Origin: an uncultured Planctomycetaceae bacterium
Lineage (GTDB): Bacteria; Planctomycetota; Planctomycetia; Planctomycetales; Planctomycetaceae
Length of the DNA stretch: 64,000 nucleotides
Reading direction: 5' to 3'
Assembly: GCA_963813715.1 (NCBI GenBank)
Contig: CAWFAK010000012.1
Span: 32,001 to 96,000 of the forward strand
Numbering within the stretch: the first letter of the stretch is position 1; every line of letters starts with the position of its first letter. The translations under genes were made by a program, and so were the position numbers. Under the pieces are notes generated by a model that saw only the letters and a program-made list of their open reading frames with translations, searched no databases and was not told where the DNA came from. This document shows positions 56,628 through 64,000 of the stretch, in pieces.

Positions 56628-58442
56628 ATGTCCACTCCCGTGGCTCAGACAGAATCGATCCCGCAGCCCATGATTCCGGTCGCCAAGCCGCGGCCGCGGC
56701 TCCGCGTTTGGCCGGCCGTGGTCATCGCCGTTGCCTATTGGGTCGCGATCGCGACGATCGTGAAACTCGACATGGTGATCTCGCAGACCTTCTTCTCGAC
56801 AGTGATCACCAGCTTCGTCACCGGACTGGCGTTCATAGTCTGGCTTTACTCCCGCCGCGCGCTACCCGGCAAGGATCGGTTGATTCTGTTGGCCGCGCTG
56901 ATCGTTGCCACGGCACTCGTCATCGTGTTGGGCGATCCGTCGGTCGGTCCGATGGGACTGATCTTTGCCGGACCGGGAATTCTCTGCACCGCCGCCGCGG
57001 TCTGGCTGTTGATCGCCCGCAAGTGGTCGACAACCGTCATCCGCAACGGGCTGTTGGTGCTGCTGGCGTTGGTCTGGGGTCAATTTCTGGCGGTTCGTAT
57101 CAACGGCGTCGACGGACGTCAGTCCGCGTCGATTAGCCCGCGTTGGCAAAAGACGGCCGAAGACCTCTATCTGGCCGAACGCGCATCGACGTCGACCGCG
57201 GCGACGCCGGCGAACGCCGAGCCTGCTGATACACACCCGCTAACGCTGGCCTCGGGAGATTGGCCCGATTTCCGCGGCGAAAACCGGCAAGGCGAGCTCC
57301 ACGGCGTCAAAATCCCCACGGATTGGAAGGCCGCGCCGCCGAAGCTGTTGTGGAAGCAACGCATCGGCCCCGCCTGGTCGTCGTTCGTGGTGTTGGGCAA
57401 TCGGCTGTTCACGCAGGAGCAGCGCGGCAAAGATGAAGCCGTCGTCTGCCTCGACGCAGCCACCGGCAAGGAGCTGTGGGCCCACCTCAACGACGGACGC
57501 TTCTCCGACGGTCAGGCCGGCGCGGGCCCGCGGTCGAGCCCCGTCTTTGCCGACGGCCGAATTTACACAATGGGCGCCACGGGCGTCGTCAATTGCCTCG
57601 ACGCAGCGACGGGCAAGCAAATCTGGTCCAAGGACGCGGCGAAAGAGGCCGGAGCCAAAGCTCCGATGTGGGGCTTTTCCAGCTCGCCGCTCGTGACCGG
57701 CGGCATGGTCATCGTCTATGCGGGCGGACCGGGAGATAAAGGCCTCCTCGCGTATCGGACGAAAGATGGCCAACTCGCCTGGTCCGCGGCGACCGGTCCG
57801 ATCAGTTACAGCTCGGCCCAGCTCGTGAAGTTCGGCACCGAAACGCAAGTCCTCTTCCTCAGCGACAACGGCTTGATCGCCATCGATCCGGCCACCGGCA
57901 AGCAGCGGTGGAGTTACGATGCGCCTGCTCCCCAGATGTGGCGCGTCGCTCAGCCGCGACAGATCGACGGCTCGGCCATTCTCTTCGGCTCCGAGGATCT
58001 GGGTCTGGTGCGGCTCGACCTGACGCCGCACAGCGACGGCACCTGGACGACGAACGTCGCCTGGAAGTCTCAGGCCCTGCGCCCGGCGTACAACGACTTC
58101 GTCTACCAGGACGGATTCGTCTACGGCCTCGACAAGGGCCTCTTGTGCTGCGTCGACGCCAAAACGGGCGAACGGCGCTGGAAGCAGGGCCGCTACGGCT
58201 TCGGCCAGATCCTGTTGCTGGCCGATCAGAAGCTCTTGTTTGTGATTTCCGAGTACGGCAAAGGCGTGCTGGTGGTGGCCACGCCCGAGCACTTTCAGGA
58301 AGTCGGGGGCTTCGAAGCGATCAGCGGCAAAACCTGGAATCATCCGGTCATCGCCCACGGCCGCCTCTACGCCCGCAACAGCGAAGAAATCGCCTGCTAC
58401 CAGCTCGCGCCGCCCGAGACGCACACGGCACAGGCGCGCTAG
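56628..58442 (+). CDS. Membrane-anchored PQQ-like beta-propeller protein
   Basis: Several N-terminal TM helices; DWPDFRG, CLDAATGKELW repeats, TWNHPVIAHGRLYARN. Confidence 0.88.
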   Translation: MSTPVAQTESIPQPMIPVAKPRPRLRVWPAVVIAVAYWVAIATIVKLDMVISQTFFSTVITSFVTGLAFIVWLYSRRALPGKDRLILLAALIVATALVIVLGDPSVGPMGLIFAGPGILCTAAAVWLLIARKWSTTVIRNGLLVLLALVWGQFLAVRINGVDGRQSASISPRWQKTAEDLYLAERASTSTAATPANAEPADTHPLTLASGDWPDFRGENRQGELHGVKIPTDWKAAPPKLLWKQRIGPAWSSFVVLGNRLFTQEQRGKDEAVVCLDAATGKELWAHLNDGRFSDGQAGAGPRSSPVFADGRIYTMGATGVVNCLDAATGKQIWSKDAAKEAGAKAPMWGFSSSPLVTGGMVIVYAGGPGDKGLLAYRTKDGQLAWSAATGPISYSSAQLVKFGTETQVLFLSDNGLIAIDPATGKQRWSYDAPAPQMWRVAQPRQIDGSAILFGSEDLGLVRLDLTPHSDGTWTTNVAWKSQALRPAYNDFVYQDGFVYGLDKGLLCCVDAKTGERRWKQGRYGFGQILLLADQKLLFVISEYGKGVLVVATPEHFQEVGGFEAISGKTWNHPVIAHGRLYARNSEEIACYQLAPPETHTAQAR

Positions 58443-58570
58443 GGACAGGCTCACTCCTCGGAGGGTGAAGCTATGAGGAGCGGTAAGAGGTAGGCCGAGC
58501 CGGTTGGTGGTTGTGCTTGAACGTGGTAAACGGAGTTTGTTGCCAACCGTTTCCACAAAAGGACACCGCC

Positions 58571-59591
58571 ATGAAATTTGCCGGCTGCGACCTACACAAG
58601 CAGACTATCACGATTTGCGTCGTCGACCAATTGCGGCGGGTCTTGGAGCGTCGGACCGTGCGTTGTGGCGAAGAGCGGAGCATCCTCGCATTTTTCGAGA
58701 GGCTCGGGGAGTTCGAGGCTGTCGTGGAAGCGACCGCCAGCTACGAATGGTTCGTGCGATTGATCGAGCCCGTGGCCCATCGCGTGTTGTTGGCTCACCC
58801 CAAGAAGCTGCGTGTGATTGCCGAGAGCACGCGTAAAAGCGATCGGCTCGACGCGCAAATCCTCGCGGAGTTCCTGGCCTTGGAGATGATTCCGACGTCT
58901 TACCGCGCGACTCCGCGGCAGCATGAGCATCGACGACTGGTGCGTCAGCGGGGCGGCGTTCAACGGCGATTGACCTCCGTCAAGAACCGTCTGCGCCGCA
59001 TTCTCTGCGACTACAACGCGGATCGTCCCAGTCTGTTCACCGTGGACGGGTTGGCGTATCTCGCCCAAGTGCCTCTCTTGGGAGCGGATCGGTTCGCCGT
59101 GGATCAAATGGTCGAAGAGTTGCACTTCGGGAGGCGTCAGCTGCTGGCCGTCAACGCCCGGCTGAAGGAGTTCGCCGAGGCGGCGCCGCTTTGCGAGCAG
59201 GAAAGCGCGGACGCTGTTGCGGACGATCCCCGGAGTGGGCTTCGTGACCACCGAAGTTGTGCTGGCCGAGCTGGCAGACATTGATCGCTTCGGTTCGCAA
59301 AAGCGGGTCGTCGCTTACGCAGGGCTCTCACCGGGTCAACGCGAGAGTGCGGGCAAGAGTCGGGAGCTGCACCTGGAGAAGAACGGTTCGACGCTGCTGC
59401 GCTCGACGCTGGTCGAAGCCGCCTGGCGGCTGGTTCAGCACTCGTTACGTTGGCGTCGGATTTATGAACGATTGAAGTTGCGCGTGCGTGCCAAGAAGGC
59501 GATCGTCGCCGTGGCCCGCCGGTTGTTGTGCCTGATGACAGCGATCTTGAAGACGGGCCAACCCTACTCGCTCAGCCAGCAACCGACTTAA
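58571..59591 (+). CDS. IS110-family DEDD transposase/recombinase (frameshift near 59205)
   Basis: MKFAGCDLHK, VVEATAS, RKSDRLDA (RuvC-like DEDD); TIPGVG, YAGLSPGQRESAGK and KKAIVAVARRL (C-terminal domain). Confidence 0.93.
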
Positions 59592-59639
59592 ATCCCTGAC
59601 CTTGGCAGGAGAGCACAAAACAAAACATCGATCGAAAGC

Positions 59640-59835
59640 GCTGCGACGACCCACAGACGACCCCGCCCCCGGCCATGAAGGCGTTCCCTCAAAAGAGCGA
59701 CCTTCGAAGGGTGAATGGGGCGTCTCTCGAAAGTCGGCTTCCTGGCGACATCGACGGACCTGTTCCAGACCGTTGGTGATCCCGAATAGATGGTTGAGCG
59801 TACCGCATCGCCCAGATCACCACTTCAAACGCAAA
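59640..59835 (+). ncRNA. Predicted bridge/seek RNA in the IS right end
   Basis: Stem-flanked internal loop carrying target-matching CCCCGGCCA and AGGGTG, followed by donor-matching ATAGATG and CTTCA; boundaries approximate. Confidence 0.7.
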
Positions 59836-59868
59836 AACCAACCCTTGACGCTACCCTTCTCATAGATG

Positions 59869-59983
59869 GCCGGGGCGCTCCGCGTAGCGGAAGCCCCGGA
59901 ACATCGCCGACATCATTTCGTTAGTCATGCCTCTTTGAAGTGCCAAGACGGGGGCTTCCGCGACGCGGAGCGCCCCGCCACCC
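59869..59983. repeat. REP/REPIN-like inverted pair whose left arm is split by the IS
   Basis: The reconstituted arm GGGTGGCCGGGGCGCTCCGCGTAGCGGAAGCCCC is near-complementary to 59951-59983 (GGGGCTTCCGCGACGCGGAGCGCCCCGCCACCC). Confidence 0.8.
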
Positions 59984-60069
59984 GTCGGGACCCGGGACTG
60001 GCCGAAGACCTCCGCGCAGGCTATAGAATCTCGCCCCGTTCGGGCTGATCGCAAGGGCCGGCTATCAAC

Positions 60070-60101
60070 AAAAAAGCCCGCGGACATTCCTCCGCGGGCT
60101 T
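60070..60101 (-). terminator. Intrinsic terminator
   Basis: AAGCCCGCGGA/TCCGCGGGCTT hairpin with a T tract on the minus strand. Confidence 0.8.
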
Positions 60102-60133
60102 GTGTGGTGCTCAGATTGCCACGGGGCAAACGC

Positions 60134-60796
60134 CTAGTCCTTCTTCGCGTTGTGGCTGATGGGAATCGTCACGCAGTACTTGCCGAACATGTTGATCACC
60201 AGCGTCGCCTTGTTGTCCTTGACGTCTTTGATCGTGAGCGCGAGATCGGCCTTGGGCGCGTCGGTGGCCTCTTCGAACGACGACTTCGACAACGGCTCGT
60301 TGCCGCCGCTATACACGTGCAGCTGCCAATCGTCTCCCTCGGCGTGCTTGACGCTGCAGACCAGGCAGGTAATGTCGCGTTCTTCGTCTTCGGTCTTGAA
60401 CTTCAGCTTGCGGAGCTGCTTGTCGGTCGCCGGCTTGCCGTCGACGAGCGGATTGAACTCGGGCGACATGAAGATATAGCACAGGCCGACGCCGCGGTCC
60501 TTCTCCGAGTCCTTGGTGTCGCGGTCTTCGCGAAAGCCTTTGAGCGGGACCAGGATGATGCCCTGGTGCGCGTTCGGATTGAGCAGTCCGACCGCCTTCT
60601 CCGCGTCGGGATCGACTTTGACGGGCAGGTCCTTATAGGTCTTGGTGAGTAGCTCGGTCAGCTTGGCTCCGAATTCCTTCGCGACGTCCGGCTCCATTTC
60701 CGCGAGCGGGCTGTCTTCCGCCCGGCACTTGGTGCCAGCCCACAACACGCACGCCGCCGCACACAGGAAGATCGGAATCAGCTTTCTGGCAAACAT
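60134..60796 (-). CDS. Secreted hypothetical protein (paralog 1)
   Basis: Signal peptide; aligns along its length with 61100-61813. Confidence 0.75.
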   Translation of the reverse strand: MFARKLIPIFLCAAACVLWAGTKCRAEDSPLAEMEPDVAKEFGAKLTELLTKTYKDLPVKVDPDAEKAVGLLNPNAHQGIILVPLKGFREDRDTKDSEKDRGVGLCYIFMSPEFNPLVDGKPATDKQLRKLKFKTEDEERDITCLVCSVKHAEGDDWQLHVYSGGNEPLSKSSFEEATDAPKADLALTIKDVKDNKATLVINMFGKYCVTIPISHNAKKD

Positions 60797-61048
60797 GCTC
60801 GTACCCTTTGGCCGCAAGGTGAGATTCGTTTGACTGCCGAGGCAAGAAATTTGACGACAGCGCCGGCGCCCGCAGTTCCTACCGCCGCCGGAGCAAATGG
60901 GTTTCAGGAAAACGGGCCGCTGGGCTGCGCGAAGTGCGCGGCTCGCGTTCCTGCCCCGCCGTGGCGGTCGTTCATTCTATGTCGCCCGCGCCGCCCTGAC
61001 CATGACGGGGCGCGCGGGGCCGCCACCGGTCCCAGGTTACAAAAGCGC

Positions 61049-61080
61049 AAAAAAAGCCCGCGGACCTGGGGCCCGCGGGC
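61049..61080 (-). terminator. Intrinsic terminator
   Basis: GCCCGCGG/CCGCGGGC hairpin with T7 on the minus strand. Confidence 0.75.
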
Positions 61081-61099
61081 GGAGAGCTGTCAGCACGAT

Positions 61100-61813
61100 C
61101 TACTTTTTGGAGTCGGCCTTGGTGTCTTTGGCGTCCTTCGTGTCCTTGGCGGCGTCTGTTCCCTTGTGGGCGATGGGGATCGAAGCTGAGTACTTGCCGA
61201 AGATGTTGAAGACCAGGGTGGCCGAGTCTTTCTTCGGATCTTCGATCGTCAGAGCCAGGTCGGGCTTGGGAGCGTTGCTCGCTTCGCCCCAGTTGGTCTT
61301 GATGATCGGATCTTTGTCTTTGCCCCAAACGTAGAGCTCCCAGTCATCGCCTTCGAGATGACGAATCGTGCACAACAGACAGGTGGCGACGCGCTCGGCG
61401 CCCCCTTGACCGTCGTCGAACTTGATCTGGAAGGCCTTCTTGCCGTCGACCGGTTTGCCGTCGATCAGCGGGTTGTAGGTCTGCGACATGCACAGGAAGC
61501 ACACGCCGACGCCCGGATCTTTTTCGACTTCCTTGTTCTCGCGGTCTTCTTTGAAGTTCTTGGCCGGGACCACGATGATCCCCTCGTTCGACTCGGCGTT
61601 GAACAGGCCGCTCGCCTTCTCGAAATTCACTTCGAACTTCGGCTTCGCGTCCTTGTTTTCCTTCGCGAACTGCGTGTGGATCATTTCGCCGAATCGCTTG
61701 GCGATTTCGGGATCCAATTCGGTCAGCGGCGTATCGGCCGCTTGCGCCTTTGCCGCGAACGACAGCATCGAAACCGCGAGGACAAAGACAGAGAACACTC
61801 GTGTCACGACCAT
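61100..61813 (-). CDS. Secreted hypothetical protein (paralog 2)
   Basis: Signal peptide; shares GII.VP.K.F.EDR, NPL.DGKP, EGDDW.L and N.FGKY with paralog 1. Confidence 0.75.
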   Translation of the reverse strand: MVVTRVFSVFVLAVSMLSFAAKAQAADTPLTELDPEIAKRFGEMIHTQFAKENKDAKPKFEVNFEKASGLFNAESNEGIIVVPAKNFKEDRENKEVEKDPGVGVCFLCMSQTYNPLIDGKPVDGKKAFQIKFDDGQGGAERVATCLLCTIRHLEGDDWELYVWGKDKDPIIKTNWGEASNAPKPDLALTIEDPKKDSATLVFNIFGKYSASIPIAHKGTDAAKDTKDAKDTKADSKK

Positions 61814-62181
61814 GAAACACCCCACAGACAATTGAGTAGGTTTCTTCCCGACGTCGGAAAGCTTGACAACCCAGCCAAAACGGGCCAGCCTTCGCGCCGG
61901 CCAACGCCTCGAATCACGCCAGAGCGTCGTCACCTTGTCTCGCAGATCCGCGGAGTGGTGGCGACGCCACGACGACGCCGTTCGCTTGGACCTCGGCGAT
62001 TGCCGGGCGGACGGTTCAAGTCATCTTAGGGGGTCGCCCTCCGCTTCGCCAACCAAAACGCTCCCCAGCCCCCAAAAACTCACACAGGATAGCTCACGCG
62101 GGCCGTGACCCATGAACAGAATTTGATCCGGGGGAACCGCCCAGCTTCGCGCGGACCGCGCTCCTGCCAAAAACTCAGCCT

Positions 62182-63194
62182 TCAGCCCGCGGCCACCGCC
62201 ACGAAGCGACCCGTCCGCTGGCTCTCGAACACGGCTTCGATCACCCGCATATTCGCCACCGCGTCCGTAATCTTGGGCAAGGCCGGCGTGCCGTTCCGCA
62301 CCGCCCGCGAAAACGCGTCTCCCTGCAGCCCGTACTGGTTGCACACCGGCAGCAGAATCTCCTCGACGGGTCCGCCCGGCTTGTTCCCCGCGTAGTGCCA
62401 AATGCGGGCCGGGCGGTCGGGCGGCGCGTTGAACGGGATCTCGATCTCGATTCGTCCCTCCGTCCCCAGCAGGTTCACCCGCTGATAGGGCGCCAGTTGC
62501 GTCGAGCAGGTGAACGTGGAGGTGCCGGTCTCGAAATCCAAGATCGCCGACGCCAGCCGGTCCGTCCCGAATCGCGGGTCGAACTCGACCCAGCCGGCCA
62601 CGCGCTTGGGCTCGCGCCGAAAAACAGCCGCGAGAGCGAGATCGGATAACAGCCGATATCCATCACCCCGCCGCCGCCAATGTCGGCCTGATTGCGAACG
62701 TTGGCCGGATCGTCGTTGTAATAGGAGAAGAAGTTTTGAAGCGTGCGGAGCGAACCGATGCCTCCGTCCCGCACGATCGCGCTCGCCCGCTGCCACTGCG
62801 GGTGGTGCGGATAGACAAAGGCCTCGACGACCGAGAGCGTCGGGTGTCGTTCCGCCGCGGCCACCAGTTGCTCCGCCTCGGCCGCGGAAAGAGCGATCGG
62901 CTTCTCGCAGAGCACGTGCTTGCCGGCCTCGAGCGCGCGGATCGACCAGGGAACGTGCAGATGGTTGGGGAGCGGATTGTAGATCGCCTCGATCTGCGGG
63001 TCGGCCACCAGCGCTGCGTAGGAGCCGTAGGCGCGGGGAATCCCCAACTTCGCAGCCGCTGCGTCCGCCCGCGACTGTTCCCGCGAGGCAATGGCCACAA
63101 TCTCGCAGAGCTCGGCCTGCTGCATCGCGGGAATGACTTTGTTCACCCCGATGGCCGCCGTGCTCAACACGCCCCAGCGAACTTTTTGCATCAC
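62182..63194 (-). CDS. Gfo/Idh/MocA oxidoreductase, cytoplasmic (frameshift near 62610)
   Basis: VRWGVLSTAAIG, YNPLPNHLH, HVLCEKP, GGGVMDIGCY. Confidence 0.88.
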
Positions 63195-63317
63195 GGCCTC
63201 TTGTCGTCTCTCGCCACGCGTTTCCGGGTTTTGGGTTCCGTTCTAGCCTTGAATCGCTGACACTGGCAAGTCGCCGTGTGACGGGGCCAGAGTTCACGTC
63301 AGCCGCGAAGGCGTGCC

Positions 63318-63821
63318 GTGTACGAAACACTCGAGACCGAGCGACTGAAACTCCGCAAGTTCGTCGAGGCCGACCTCGACGACTACGCGCGGATGTGCGC
63401 CGATCCCGAGATGATGCGGTACATCGGCACGGGCATGCTGCTTTCGCGCGCGGACGCGTGGCGCTCGCTGGCCATGCTCTTGGGTCATTGGCAGCTGCGG
63501 GGCTACGGCATGTGGGCCGTTGAAGAGAAGGCGACCGGCGCATTCATCGGCCGGCTCGGCCTGCACTATCCTGAAGGTTGGCCCGGGATCGAAGTCGGCT
63601 GGTTCCTCGATCGGGCGCGCTGGGGTCAAGGCCTGGCGACCGAGGGGGCGCGGGCGGCGATCGCCTTCGGCTTCGAGCGTCTCGGGCTCGAACGCATTTG
63701 CAGCGTGATCCATCCGCAAAACACGGCGTCGATCCGCGTGGCGGAAAAACTCGGGATGACCGCGGAACGCCCGGCCCAAATTCTCGGTGTCGACGTGGTG
63801 ATCTACTCGCGCCCTCGCTGA
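63318..63821 (+). CDS. GNAT N-acetyltransferase (RimJ/RimL type)
   Basis: LETERLKLR, EVGW...WGQGLATE, NTASIRVAEKLG. Confidence 0.9.
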   Translation: MYETLETERLKLRKFVEADLDDYARMCADPEMMRYIGTGMLLSRADAWRSLAMLLGHWQLRGYGMWAVEEKATGAFIGRLGLHYPEGWPGIEVGWFLDRARWGQGLATEGARAAIAFGFERLGLERICSVIHPQNTASIRVAEKLGMTAERPAQILGVDVVIYSRPR

Positions 63822-63857
63822 TCGGCTCGCACATTGAATCCCGCACCCGCCAATTCC

Positions 63858-64000
63858 GTGAATCGCAGCACGCCGCTGACCGAGTTGACCGATTCGCGCG
63901 AGTGGCTCGAGCCGAACGGGGTGGGAGGCTACGCATCGGGCACGGCCAGCGGGCTGCGGACGCGCCGCTATCACGGCCTGTTGCTGACGGCGACCACACC
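63858..64000 (+). CDS. Amylo-alpha-1,6-glucosidase / glycogen debranching enzyme, N-terminus (partial)
   Basis: [27 protein letters not shown]. Confidence 0.8.
   Translation, partial: MNRSTPLTELTDSREWLEPNGVGGYASGTASGLRTRRYHGLLLTATT

Larger units (their letters stand above)
58466..59868 (+). mobile_element. IS110-family insertion sequence, IS1111-type (TG core, subterminal inverted repeats)
   Basis: TG at 58466-67 and 59867-68; subterminal IRs CTATGAGGAG (58471-80) and CTTCTCATAG (59856-65). Removing the element restores a REP-like arm. Confidence 0.88.

Noticed and set aside
59195..59220. Programmed ribosomal frameshift in the IS transposase
   Set aside because: There is no slippery heptamer, IS110 recombinases are single ORFs, and indels are common throughout the window.

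Overview
High-GC bacterial chromosome segment, almost certainly Planctomycetota: it has a DUF1559 prepilin/H-X9-DG protein, a DUF1549/DUF1553 cytochrome-c protein beside DUF1501, Tat-exported Gfo/Idh/MocA enzymes and a PQQ-like propeller. It is mostly housekeeping and typical planctomycete genes: an EF-G paralog, a partial tad cluster, purL, tyrA, ispE-spoVG, an hpnO-like aminotransferase, truD, ppa and pcs. Many genes, including purL and truD, carry single-base frameshifts, most likely long-read assembly errors, so they are called as CDS rather than pseudogenes. The best-supported discovery is an IS110-family (IS1111-type) element at 58466-59868. It is inserted at a TG core inside one arm of a REP-like inverted pair. 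Its ~270-nt right end contains short segments matching both sides of its target and of its own circle junction, i.e. a readable bridge/seek RNA. Other leads are a TIR-NTPase-FGE/SUMF1 multidomain protein, a CHT1-like choline symporter coupled to phosphatidylcholine synthase, a decarboxylase gene bracketed by a duplicated hpnO 3' end, a 207-bp-period repeat beside orphan genes, a candidate DNA-damage operator and a secreted Cys/Gly-rich protein. No rRNA, tRNA or CRISPR array was seen. All family calls are from motif recognition by eye; no database search was run.
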